Shown here: one piece after another, positions 10,503-20,957 of the stretch
Numbering within the stretch: position 1 is the stretch's first letter
Layout: the number at the start of each line of letters is the position of its first letter
NCBI GenBank assembly: GCA_016192105.1
Contig: JACPUV010000009.1
Coordinates: 3,311 to 67,310, forward strand
DNA from: Sphingobacteriales bacterium
GTDB taxonomy: Bacteria; Bacteroidota; Bacteroidia; Chitinophagales; Chitinophagaceae
Length of the DNA: 64,000 bases
Direction of reading: 5' to 3'
Notes under the pieces: generated by a model
Database searches by the model: none
The model's input: only the letters and a program-made list of their open reading frames with translations
What the model was told of the DNA's origin: nothing
Translations under genes and position numbers: made by a program

Positions 10503-11339
10503 ATGTATTTAAAGTTAAAAGTACTATACATGAATAGCCAAAAGGTTAATAGCAAGTTGTTTTTACTGGTGCTGGTATTTAGTGTTGTTGGGGTTACTAC
10601 GCTGCAGGGGCAGACGTCTCTTGATTCTGCAAGAAATACAGCACTGAATTTTTTCCGTACCTATGATAGCATACCCTACCTCAGTTTTGATGTTCGGTAT
10701 ACTCTTTTCAGTGATACTGTCTATAGTGATTTTTCATATGAAACAACCCGGGGGAGCTATACTCTGAGTGGTAAGAAAGCCCGGTACACACTGGGCGATG
10801 TGGAGTACTTACAGAATGACTCGATCCTGGTCGCCGTGTATCACAGAGACGAGCAGATCATTGTGAGTGATCCTCCGGTGCAGAACACGGGTTCGTATGT
10901 TCCGCTTCGCCAGACCCTTGATAGTTTATTGACAGCCTATTCATCAAGTTATGATTTATGGGTAAAAACAACAACAGCAGACCCTGATGTGGATAGTATA
11001 GGGTATATCCGGCTGGTAAGAAAATCAGCAGACACATTGGGCATATATAACCGCTACGTCATAGAGTATAATATTGAGCGGAATTTTATTACTAAAGTGG
11101 AGTATGAATTTACCGAACCTGGTCTTGGGCTTAGCTCGGTGGATGAGCCAAGCGAGGGGGCAAGATTACTTAAAAATACCAGCCGGCGAAAAACGCTGCG
11201 TATTGAATTTTTAAATTACCGGTTTGACAATTTTTCAGATGACCGGTATAGTGAAAATAATTTTATCTGGCTGGAGGATGGTGTTTATAAGCCGGTGGAA
11301 AAGTATAAAAACTATCAGGTGTATAGTGCCCGGAATTAG
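10503..11339 (+). CDS. Exported LolA-like fold protein
   Basis: Signal peptide ending TLQG|Q. Pattern SFDVRY...GSYTLSGKKARY.LGDVEYLQND...AVYH.DEQIIV resembles the LolA-like open beta-barrel families, judged by eye. Confidence 0.5.
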   Translation: MYLKLKVLYMNSQKVNSKLFLLVLVFSVVGVTTLQGQTSLDSARNTALNFFRTYDSIPYLSFDVRYTLFSDTVYSDFSYETTRGSYTLSGKKARYTLGDVEYLQNDSILVAVYHRDEQIIVSDPPVQNTGSYVPLRQTLDSLLTAYSSSYDLWVKTTTADPDVDSIGYIRLVRKSADTLGIYNRYVIEYNIERNFITKVEYEFTEPGLGLSSVDEPSEGARLLKNTSRRKTLRIEFLNYRFDNFSDDRYSENNFIWLEDGVYKPVEKYKNYQVYSARN

Positions 11340-11647
11340 TATTTGACAAAGAGGATACTAGAAGATTATGCAGGGTTGAGGGAAGTATAAAAACTATCAG
11401 GAGAGTGTTTTATGACAAGTGGGTGGTTGGTGAAAACTCTCTTAATAATATCAGGGTATTTTTTCAATTTTTCCTGTGGTGATTGTACCCGGGCGAAAAG
11501 TATCCTTTGACTAAGAAGAGTTTATTAAATTCTGTATAGGCATTTTCCGGTTATCAATTGGTAGCTGAAAAATACTTATTCGAAAAAGATGGCATTCTTG
11601 GGGTTTGGGGCAATTATATAATCGTTTTGGAAATTAATTATAGTACT

Positions 11648-14600
11648 ATGTTTTTACAAGCAGGACGCAGGCTGATAATGGCAGCCGTTTTAATGCTGGT
11701 TCATGTAGCCATGTATGCAGGCAATAATCCGGAGTACCGGCAGACTTTGTTTGGAAAAAACGGTCAATTAACGGCGGGGGCGCAGCTTTATACGTTTGAT
11801 ATTAACTATGAAGCCTATAAAAACAGCCCGGGGACTATAGAGAAGACCTGGTATGTAAAAAATGCCGTTCGGTTGATGGTTGACGAGGAAAGCTCCTGGT
11901 TTATAGCGTCAGATTTTATTGCAACGATCAAGCTTAATATTAGTTCAGAAAATGCGGCTGGCGTGGTTACCACTCATCCGCAAAAGACGCTGACTATAAA
12001 TTACAAGACTGGAGAAGGTCAGATTTCGGATGCGATCAGTTCTTATGAATTCCGGGATGCGGTTAAGGTGACTGTTACAATAGCCGAGGCGGTGACAAAA
12101 AATGTTAGTTGGGATGTAACAAAAAATCTGAAGTTGGTAAACGAGATCGTTTCACTTCGGGATTGGGGATTTAATTGCAGTTCAGTGATTAGTGGAATAG
12201 TTACCGATAGTTTGTTTTATGATGAGTGGAAGGTAAAATGGAATGTGCCAGCCAATTTTCAGACAGAGTACGATGTAGAGTGGGCCTGGGTAGATGAGTC
12301 GGCAGTGCCGGAGTATACGTTTAACGGGGTGGTGAATCTGGACAGTGTGTTTGACAATAATGCTACAAGAGTGAGTACTTCGGGTAATTTTTACCGGATT
12401 CCGCTTTTATATGAAGATGAGGGGAGATTGTATATGCGGGTCAGGATGACGCAGGATAAGGTGAACGGACAACGGGTGGAGGGAAACTGGTTTTATCTGA
12501 TGGACGGGGGACAGGCTTATTTGCCAAGAATTGCGGGTCAGGGCCATCAGGATAATCTGAACTGGCAGGCTACAACCTCATATGCGGAGGAAGGCAAGCG
12601 AAAAACGGTTATTCAGTATTTTGACGGCACCCTCCGGGGCAGGCAGACGGTGACAAAGGATAATGTGACCCGCAGTACTGTAGTAGCCGAATCATTTTAT
12701 GATTACCAGGGCAGACCGTTGATCCAGGTGCTACCCTCTCCCACGCTTGGGACGATCTTGCAGTTTACCAAGAACTTCAATCAGTTTGATGATACCCGTA
12801 ATGCAAAAACGGTATATGATAAGCTGGATGTGAATCAAAGTGCCTGTGGTAAGTTAACGGCTGCCATGAAGACCACTGCCACGGGCAGTGCGGCCCAGTA
12901 TTATTCTGGGAGCAATCCATTTGCAAATGACGGATTTAATAAGTTTATTCCGGATGCGGGTGGTTATCCTTATACAGAGACCCGTTACACCCGTGATGGA
13001 ACAGGCCGGATTGATGCACAAGGGGGTGTGGGGCAGGTGTTTCAGGTCAATGGTGGCCGAGATACAAGGTATTTTTATGAGAGTGCAGATCAGGATGATC
13101 TGGATGCCTTATTTGGCACGGATGCCGGGTATGCGTCGCATTATTCAAAGACCTGGGTCAGGGATGCCAATGGACAGTATAGTGTAAGTTATGTTGATAT
13201 GAGGGGCAAAACCGTGGCTACGGCACTTGCAGGGGATAATCCTGGTAATCTTCAGGCCCTGCCATCATATGCCTCAGCTCAAAAGACCATTACCCGCCAA
13301 TTGATTGATGGGGAGACTAATAATGTTCATGGCAATTCAATTGTTTCATCAAAGTCGCTGGTTGTTCCCAAGCAAGGCAGTTATACGTTTAATTATGCAC
13401 TATCTCCTGAGAAGCTAAAACTGCTTCTTTGTAATGGTGTTCAGTTTTGTTTTGATTGTCAGTATGAACTGAATATTAGTATCATACCAGATTGTTCGGA
13501 TAAAGTAATTCCTGGGTTTACAAGTCCTGTGGTAGTTAAGAACTTTACAATAGGAGAATATTTAACCTCCTGTGTGGGAAATAATGCGCCAGGTATAAGT
13601 ACCCAGTTTACGGTAACACTGCCTGAAGGGGGATATACAGTGGTTAAGGAATTAAAAATGAATACGGCTGCCCGGGATTGGTACCGGGAGAATGTGTACC
13701 TGACCAATGACACCTGTAAAACTAAGGCCAGTTTTATACAGCAGCAGTACCAGCTTGCCCTCGGTCAGCAGAACTGTTATACCAGTTGTACGCAGTGTAA
13801 TGCTATCCTGGGTACGGAATCACAGTTTATAGATCGTTTTCGCACGGAGTCCGGGTTTACCCAGGCGCAGATAGATGCGCTGATGCCGCAGTTGCAGGCT
13901 GCGTATGCGGAGGCAAAGGTGGGATGTGATAGAATTTGTGATAATGGAGGTAATGAGACGCTGGATGAATTAAACAGTGTCCGTGAAATCATGCTTCAGG
14001 ATGTTACGCCATTGACGGGACAATATGGACGTTGGGATGAAACTAATCTGACGGTGTCAATGAGGCCATATAATATTTTTAGCTCAGCCCCTCAGGTTAG
14101 TTTTTGCTTGGGAGCTCCGTCAGTGCTCAGGCAGCCTTATCGTTATCCAGTGGATTATTCGGTAGCGACGGGTGCGGTTGTCTGTAATACGGAAGGATAT
14201 AAGAATGGATATGGTCTGGTGACGCTTTCTACGAACAGGGTGCAAAACATAAACTTTACACCCGATAGCCTGGCCGATAATTTTGAGCAGAGCTATGCCT
14301 ATCAACTGTTGCCCTATCATCCAGAGTTTCCAAAGCTGAAATTTGTGGAATCAAATCTGAAGGGAACCTACCGGTTTGGGGGCAGGCTTCTGGGTACAGA
14401 GACCTGGAGCCAGGCGGTTAGCCGTGGTTTTATTCAAAGCAGTACAACGAGTGCCACTGTAGCGGCTGATTTTCTGATGCAAAAAGATTCTTTTTTTATC
14501 AGGACCGGATTTACGCATCCTTTGTATTACCAGATGCGGGATGCCATTACGAGTAATTATATAGCGGCTAATGCGCAGTGTGGTTCACCGGCTCTGGGTA

Positions 14601-17600
14601 TGTGGCAGCTTGCAAAATACAGTGTTTTTTGTAGCAAGGAGATCCGGGAAAACGGAGGCCAGATAGTAAACAATGGCTGTTTTACGGTGAACCCGGTATT
14701 GAGTGCCTGTCTGAATAGTCAGAATAATCTGCCTCCATCCGCGCTGAGTCATTGCGATGCGGATATGGATAGGGTCTGGAAAAATTTTAAAGCGCTTTAC
14801 AACTCTTATCGTAATATCCTGATCAGTAAGTATATAACTGACAATGTCGCTGGAATTGATTACAGCATTTTTGATCCCGCCAGCGGCAATAATTATCAGG
14901 AGCGTTTTGTACGCTATACCAGCACCCCGCCTTACACGCTGATCAATATGAGTGATTTAGGTGGACTTTTTACAAGTAGTGCTGATCCTGGCAGCTATAG
15001 TAATGTATCTTCCCTGGAGGCTGATAGTATATGCCGGTCAAACAGTGGTAACTGGATGATCAGGCTCCGGCGTTGTCCACAGGTACAGACACTGGCACAA
15101 TCACAATCTGCACAATGGATAGCTGACTCAAGTTGGTTAAGCAAATACCTGGTGGACGTGTGTAAACAGGGCGTAGATTATATGGGGCATCCTTTTGGGG
15201 CGGCCAGTGTTCCGGATAGCAAGCCATCTATCCAAATACTTACCAACCCAGATGGTGTATCTGTAAGTGGAGTTTTCGTCCGCAGTTTTCCGGATATAAT
15301 CCGTTATTACCTGATATACCGGTTTGGGAATAATGTAATGAATCAGTTTTGTTACCCGGAGTTGATTGACTATCCCAAGGCGTATAATCAGGCGCCTGCT
15401 ACAGTATCCACACCCATTGTAACAGTTCCGGAGCCATGTGTTTGTGACCGGATAAATTATTATAAAACAAAATGGCAGATGGCCGGCAGTCCCGGAACGT
15501 TTAGTAATTATCTGCTTAACACACAAGGGACCGTGATCAGTGCTGATACGTTGAATATGCTTCTGGGGATGTGTAATACCGGCTATACCACCCAGAGTCC
15601 CAATTGTAATTATTTACCGGCGCCGGTAAAAATCCCGGCAATTTTCCAATGCCGAGGCACAGCCAGCCTTGATTCATCAAAGACCTGTATCTCGTGCGCA
15701 GATTATACAGCGATAAAGCAACAGTTTTTAGCCGAACGGGGGGTAACTGCACCTTACAATACTCCACAAAACGAGACTGAAGTAGCATGGAATCGTTCAT
15801 TTGCAGAATATGCCAACTACCGAACCGGTTTTGGTAAGAACTGGCCGGAGTATGTGCAGTTTGGAATTATATGCGCAAATGACAGTACGTTGAGTTGTAC
15901 TAACCTGACAAGCCTGGTAACGGCTTGGCAGGCAACCAATCCTCCCCAGACTGGCGACAGTTGCCGGAGCAGTTTTACGCAGTATATGAATTATCATACA
16001 GGCCGCAGTTTATCATTTAATCAATGGATGGATGAGTTTGTTAAAGCCTGTGGGGCGAAACCGCCCGTTTGTCAGCCGGTGCTGACTTGCATGAAACTGG
16101 AGTCACTTATTAATTCTTATTATCAGTATTATGGTTATCAGATCTGGCGGAATAGTAATTGTCAGACCCTGTTTACCCAATTTATCAATGATTCCTTGTA
16201 TAGCAATTACACTTACCAGGACATCATAAATAACTACAATTTCCTGTGTGGGGGGGTATGCCCGCTTAATATTTGTAGTTTCCCGAATCCTCATTTGCTG
16301 ACATTGATGTATAATACGTTCCGGACCCAGCAATATCAGGGCGGATGGACACTAACGCAGTGCCAGGATAATTTTACCAGTTGGTTTAATACCCAGTTGG
16401 GCTTTACCTCCAGTCCATATACCTGGACGGGGATTACGGAACTGTATCAATTGTACATGGGTAAGGAGAGTTGTGTGCCGGATATTAATCAGCTTTGTGC
16501 CCCGCCCTATTCGTGCAGTCAGTTGGATTATATCAGACAGCAGTTTTATGCTCAGAATCCGGGAGTAGATAGTTTGAGCAATTGCCAAAGCCTGTTTACA
16601 GCTTATTTTAACCAGCAATTGGGAACAGGGTACAATTTTTCAGAAATCCAGACCCTGTATCAGGCCATTTGTCAGAGTACGCTTTTGGTATGTACAGGAG
16701 CAACGCTGGATTGTAAGGCGATGATTTTGTTTACGCAGACTTATACTCCTTGCGCTTTTGGGGATGAGTGTGTTTGTTTTTTGAATGCCTTTAATACCCA
16801 GTTTGGAACCAGTATTGCAACGTATGCTCTGTTGCAACAGTACTATCTGGATCATTGTGGATTTGTATTGAATATATGTCCGGTGGAATCGCCTGTATTT
16901 ACATGTGAAATGCTTCAGGCGACATTGCAGAAGTTCAATAAACTATATCCCGGTGGTGGCGCTGGCCTGGGGGCAGATTGCCAGCTGTTTTATGCTGCAT
17001 TTTTTAATAATACGTATGCGGTAAAATATTCTTTTTCTGCAATTAATGACCTATACCTCGTGCAATGTGGTCAGGGGTTACAGGTTTGTCAGAGTCAATG
17101 CGGAGAGTATATCAACTTTGTTGATAATTATATGAGCCGCTATGGCGGGTTAAATATTCCTCTGGCAGCCCGCAGACAGCTTTTTGAGAGCCTGTTTAAT
17201 AGTGCTTTTGGTTATACGGGTGGTGCATCTGAGGAAAAAGGAGGTTTTGCCGGAGGAGGAAACAGTCCGCTTGTATATGCACAAATTAAGTCGCTGATGG
17301 CGGGTTGTCTTACTATGCCTTCAAGTCTGGAAGCTGAGAATCTGTATCTCAGTTTAAATGATCCAGCGGTACTTCGGGACTTTAAGACCGCCTATTACCT
17401 GCGTTATCCGGCTGGTGTTCCGCTGGATTGTCAGAACGATTTTGCGGCCTGGGTGAACTGGAGCATGGGGGTAAATATGACGTATTGCCAGTTAATTGAC
17501 TTGTATAACGGCTTGCTGGGAGCGGGTGCTGGTGATATATGCGGGGCCTCACCCATCTGTGCAGGTGCGGGAGCTGTTGATGATGGAAAAGGCATTGTAA

Positions 17601-20600
17601 TCGGTGGTGGAGGCTCTACTGCCGTAAGTTATCCCCCGATGCTTTGCGGGCTGAATGAGGAGATATTTACACCCCCGCCAGTGGACACGAGTACCTGTAA
17701 AGATCCGTTACAGTTTGCCATTCGAGATGCAAATGTGAAGTGGGAACTGTACCTGGATAGTCTGCGGCGCGGTTTTGATACGGCTTATATCAGTAAGTGT
17801 ATGGGAGCCAAGTACCTGGAAAGCTTTACGGTATCGTTTACCCGGTCGGAGCATCATTATACGCTATATTATTATGACCAGGCGGGGCAACTGGTGAGGA
17901 CAGTTCCTCCGGAGGGTGTGGAAGACCGTAGAGCGGATGTGGCGTTTTTAGCTAGTGTAAAATCGGCCAGAAACAGTAATCAGGCAACGCCAGTAAGGCC
18001 GTCTCACAGTCTTGCTACTGATTACCGGTATAATACACTGGGTCAGGTTGTGCAGCAAAAAAGCCCTGATGGCGGGCTCAGTAAGTTCTGGTATGATGCC
18101 CTGGGAAGACTGGTGGTAAGCCAGAACGCTAAACAACTGGCGGAAGGCAAATATAGTTATACACTTTACGACGGCCTTGGCCGTATCAGCGAAGTGGGGC
18201 AAAAGCCGCAGGGAACAGTAATGACGCAGACGATCAGCCGAAACCAGACTTCCCTTGCTGGTTGGATGGCGGCAGGCAGCAGTAAGGAGCAAATAACCAG
18301 AACGGTGTACGACCGGAGCTATTTTGATGGAGATGATCTGCTGAGTCCTGAAAAGCTGTCTCAGCGCAACCTGCGTAACCGGGTAAGTTATACCCAGGTA
18401 TTCGACGTGCAGCCAGCTGCCAATAATTATATTGGTACCCACCGGGCGGCGACCTATTATTCCTATGACATACATGGCAATGTAGATACACTGCTTCAGG
18501 ATTATGGTAGTGCGTCGTACTACCCCAATATCATGAACCAGAATAATAACCGGTATAAAAAAATTGCGTACAACTATGACCTGATCAGTGGGAAGGTAAA
18601 TATGGTGAGTTACCAGCCGGGTTATGTGAATCCGTTAACCGGATTGTGGGTGAATAACGCCGACCGGTTTTATCACCGTTACAGCTATGATGCGGAGAAT
18701 AAGCTTACCGATGTATTTACCAGTCATGATAGTTTGATTTGGGAGCGGGATGCGAGCTACAGTTATTACAAACATGGCCCACTGGCCAGAACGGTACTGG
18801 GTCAGCAGCAGGTACAGGGCATTGACTATGCCTACAACCTGCAAGGATGGCTGAAGGGTGTAAATGCTACGGCGGTTGGTGATGGAACTTATGATATGGG
18901 GCAAGATGGTAAGATTGGAGGTTCTAATGCACTGATAGCCCGTGATGCTTACGGGTTCAGCATGAATTATTTTACAACAACCATTAACAGTGTTGCTGTT
19001 AGCGATTACAAAAGTATAAATACGGGTGTAACGCCTTTTGTAGCAATAAATAATGCTAATGCCAACACAGGGAAGCCCCTTTTTAACGGAAATATCTCGT
19101 CATTTGTCGTAAATATTCCGAAATTAGGTGAAGCAAAAGTCTATCAATACGGGTATGATCAACTGAATCGTTTATTAGCGGTAGATGTATTTGAAGGAAT
19201 AAATATCACCACCAACAACTTTACACCCGTGGCGTTGAATGATTACAAAGAAAGACTGACTTATAGCGCTAACGGCAACATACAATCATATTTACGCAAT
19301 GGCTCAGGTGCAACGGTAAACTTGAACAATTTCAGCTACAGCTATACTAGCGGTACTAACAGGCTTGCCAGTATTAACAATAGTGTCAATACACAAACAA
19401 GAACATACAGCTATGATGCCATTGGCAATACCACTGCCGATGGTATGCAAGGGGCTACCAACATTTTATGGAATGTGTATGGCAAGGTGCAAAGCCTGAC
19501 CAATGGGCAGGGGCAGTCTGTAAGCTACACGTATGATGGAGGTGGAAACCGGATTAGTAAGTCTGTGGCGGGTACAACTGAGTGGTACGTGAGGGATGCC
19601 AGTGGAAATAATATGGCTACTTATACAGAAACCGGGACAATAAACAACGGTAATCTTACTGTGATGGAGTGGTACAAATATGGTAGTGGCCTTCTGAGCA
19701 TCAGTACAATGCGAGTTAATATGGAGCAATCTGCCACTGGAGATATTACTATCATGCAGCGAGGAAATGATGGGTACATCCTGACCGATCACCTTGTGAA
19801 TACTAGGGTTGTGATAACTGACCGGAAGTTGCAACACACAGCTAATGGCACGACGGTGGATTATTATATAACGGATGTGAAAACATCATCTTATTACAGC
19901 AGTTACGGAGCTACTGCAAAGTCATATAATCAACAACCTCTTGTAGCCTTCAACGGTCAGCGAAAGAGCAATGAGATTGGAGCTGATGCGCAAACGGCAT
20001 TGTATTGGGAGTATAATGGGGATGTGGGTAGAAGGTGGAATATTGATCCTATTTATAAGAATAGTCCTTATAGCGTATATGGAGGAAATCCAGTCTGGAA
20101 GATGGATTACAACGGACTTGATACGGTTAGTAATTGGCAGGATGCAAAAAAAGGCGATGTTTGGGGAAATGTACGCGGCAATTCTACTTTTTGGTATGAA
20201 TTTGATGGTGAAAAATGGAACAGCAAAGGGACGACAGAAATAAGCCCACTTCAAGAAATTGTTGTTGTTGCAAAACAAACTGACTCCAAAAAATGGGTTA
20301 ATAGTAATTTTCAATTAGCATTTGTTGGATTAGTTTCAAACAAGACAGCTATTCCAACTATTGAAGCATTGCTTGAAGGAACGGGAGTAAGTTTAGCTGA
20401 AGCCGAATTGTCGTCGTTTAGATTTTTAGGGCCCGCAGCAGCAATTGCCACACTTCCATTTACATTATCGAGCGATAACATATCTCAACCAGATTTAATA
20501 AGGCAGACAGATCAAATTATAAATGAATATTTAAAAAAAGGAGATTTGGCTGGGGCTCAATCTTACATTGAAACTTATAACAGAGATAGAGGAAGGCAAG

Positions 20601-20953
20601 GGTATAGTAAGATAGTATTTAGATATATGTCCCTAGGTGAGTATAATAGTAGGTTAACCCCAGATGGGGATTTGCCACAAGCATTGCCATTTGATGCGTC
20701 TAATGATTTTGTTACAAAGTATATTACGCCAGATATATATTTGACGAGCAAAGGAGCAAAAACATACCTAGCTCTCCCAAGGGCACCAGATATTGCAATT
20801 TGGACATATGAAGTTGAAATAGCAGCTACAAAAATGCCGGCAACAGGTTATCAAATTGTAAAACCAAAACACCGTGAACCTGGTGGTGGCAGGGAAGCAA
20901 CAATCCTACAACCTTTTCCAATCCATGGTTTTTTTCCATTAATACAAGAATAA
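11648..20953 (+). CDS. Giant RHS-repeat polymorphic toxin with Cys-rich insertion and C-terminal toxin tip
   Basis: Likely start ATG 11648 (MFLQAGRRLIMAAVLMLVHVAMYA|G; the track starts at 11558). DUF6443-like QYFDG..R..Q...YDYQGR. YD repeats from about 17850. Core end GRRWNIDP...SPYSVYGGNPVWKMDYNG, followed by a 277-aa variable tip. Confidence 0.85.
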   Translation: MFLQAGRRLIMAAVLMLVHVAMYAGNNPEYRQTLFGKNGQLTAGAQLYTFDINYEAYKNSPGTIEKTWYVKNAVRLMVDEESSWFIASDFIATIKLNISSENAAGVVTTHPQKTLTINYKTGEGQISDAISSYEFRDAVKVTVTIAEAVTKNVSWDVTKNLKLVNEIVSLRDWGFNCSSVISGIVTDSLFYDEWKVKWNVPANFQTEYDVEWAWVDESAVPEYTFNGVVNLDSVFDNNATRVSTSGNFYRIPLLYEDEGRLYMRVRMTQDKVNGQRVEGNWFYLMDGGQAYLPRIAGQGHQDNLNWQATTSYAEEGKRKTVIQYFDGTLRGRQTVTKDNVTRSTVVAESFYDYQGRPLIQVLPSPTLGTILQFTKNFNQFDDTRNAKTVYDKLDVNQSACGKLTAAMKTTATGSAAQYYSGSNPFANDGFNKFIPDAGGYPYTETRYTRDGTGRIDAQGGVGQVFQVNGGRDTRYFYESADQDDLDALFGTDAGYASHYSKTWVRDANGQYSVSYVDMRGKTVATALAGDNPGNLQALPSYASAQKTITRQLIDGETNNVHGNSIVSSKSLVVPKQGSYTFNYALSPEKLKLLLCNGVQFCFDCQYELNISIIPDCSDKVIPGFTSPVVVKNFTIGEYLTSCVGNNAPGISTQFTVTLPEGGYTVVKELKMNTAARDWYRENVYLTNDTCKTKASFIQQQYQLALGQQNCYTSCTQCNAILGTESQFIDRFRTESGFTQAQIDALMPQLQAAYAEAKVGCDRICDNGGNETLDELNSVREIMLQDVTPLTGQYGRWDETNLTVSMRPYNIFSSAPQVSFCLGAPSVLRQPYRYPVDYSVATGAVVCNTEGYKNGYGLVTLSTNRVQNINFTPDSLADNFEQSYAYQLLPYHPEFPKLKFVESNLKGTYRFGGRLLGTETWSQAVSRGFIQSSTTSATVAADFLMQKDSFFIRTGFTHPLYYQMRDAITSNYIAANAQCGSPALGMWQLAKYSVFCSKEIRENGGQIVNNGCFTVNPVLSACLNSQNNLPPSALSHCDADMDRVWKNFKALYNSYRNILISKYITDNVAGIDYSIFDPASGNNYQERFVRYTSTPPYTLINMSDLGGLFTSSADPGSYSNVSSLEADSICRSNSGNWMIRLRRCPQVQTLAQSQSAQWIADSSWLSKYLVDVCKQGVDYMGHPFGAASVPDSKPSIQILTNPDGVSVSGVFVRSFPDIIRYYLIYRFGNNVMNQFCYPELIDYPKAYNQAPATVSTPIVTVPEPCVCDRINYYKTKWQMAGSPGTFSNYLLNTQGTVISADTLNMLLGMCNTGYTTQSPNCNYLPAPVKIPAIFQCRGTASLDSSKTCISCADYTAIKQQFLAERGVTAPYNTPQNETEVAWNRSFAEYANYRTGFGKNWPEYVQFGIICANDSTLSCTNLTSLVTAWQATNPPQTGDSCRSSFTQYMNYHTGRSLSFNQWMDEFVKACGAKPPVCQPVLTCMKLESLINSYYQYYGYQIWRNSNCQTLFTQFINDSLYSNYTYQDIINNYNFLCGGVCPLNICSFPNPHLLTLMYNTFRTQQYQGGWTLTQCQDNFTSWFNTQLGFTSSPYTWTGITELYQLYMGKESCVPDINQLCAPPYSCSQLDYIRQQFYAQNPGVDSLSNCQSLFTAYFNQQLGTGYNFSEIQTLYQAICQSTLLVCTGATLDCKAMILFTQTYTPCAFGDECVCFLNAFNTQFGTSIATYALLQQYYLDHCGFVLNICPVESPVFTCEMLQATLQKFNKLYPGGGAGLGADCQLFYAAFFNNTYAVKYSFSAINDLYLVQCGQGLQVCQSQCGEYINFVDNYMSRYGGLNIPLAARRQLFESLFNSAFGYTGGASEEKGGFAGGGNSPLVYAQIKSLMAGCLTMPSSLEAENLYLSLNDPAVLRDFKTAYYLRYPAGVPLDCQNDFAAWVNWSMGVNMTYCQLIDLYNGLLGAGAGDICGASPICAGAGAVDDGKGIVIGGGGSTAVSYPPMLCGLNEEIFTPPPVDTSTCKDPLQFAIRDANVKWELYLDSLRRGFDTAYISKCMGAKYLESFTVSFTRSEHHYTLYYYDQAGQLVRTVPPEGVEDRRADVAFLASVKSARNSNQATPVRPSHSLATDYRYNTLGQVVQQKSPDGGLSKFWYDALGRLVVSQNAKQLAEGKYSYTLYDGLGRISEVGQKPQGTVMTQTISRNQTSLAGWMAAGSSKEQITRTVYDRSYFDGDDLLSPEKLSQRNLRNRVSYTQVFDVQPAANNYIGTHRAATYYSYDIHGNVDTLLQDYGSASYYPNIMNQNNNRYKKIAYNYDLISGKVNMVSYQPGYVNPLTGLWVNNADRFYHRYSYDAENKLTDVFTSHDSLIWERDASYSYYKHGPLARTVLGQQQVQGIDYAYNLQGWLKGVNATAVGDGTYDMGQDGKIGGSNALIARDAYGFSMNYFTTTINSVAVSDYKSINTGVTPFVAINNANANTGKPLFNGNISSFVVNIPKLGEAKVYQYGYDQLNRLLAVDVFEGINITTNNFTPVALNDYKERLTYSANGNIQSYLRNGSGATVNLNNFSYSYTSGTNRLASINNSVNTQTRTYSYDAIGNTTADGMQGATNILWNVYGKVQSLTNGQGQSVSYTYDGGGNRISKSVAGTTEWYVRDASGNNMATYTETGTINNGNLTVMEWYKYGSGLLSISTMRVNMEQSATGDITIMQRGNDGYILTDHLVNTRVVITDRKLQHTANGTTVDYYITDVKTSSYYSSYGATAKSYNQQPLVAFNGQRKSNEIGADAQTALYWEYNGDVGRRWNIDPIYKNSPYSVYGGNPVWKMDYNGLDTVSNWQDAKKGDVWGNVRGNSTFWYEFDGEKWNSKGTTEISPLQEIVVVAKQTDSKKWVNSNFQLAFVGLVSNKTAIPTIEALLEGTGVSLAEAELSSFRFLGPAAAIATLPFTLSSDNISQPDLIRQTDQIINEYLKKGDLAGAQSYIETYNRDRGRQGYSKIVFRYMSLGEYNSRLTPDGDLPQALPFDASNDFVTKYITPDIYLTSKGAKTYLALPRAPDIAIWTYEVEIAATKMPATGYQIVKPKHREPGGGREATILQPFPIHGFFPLIQE

Positions 20954-20957
20954 TTAT

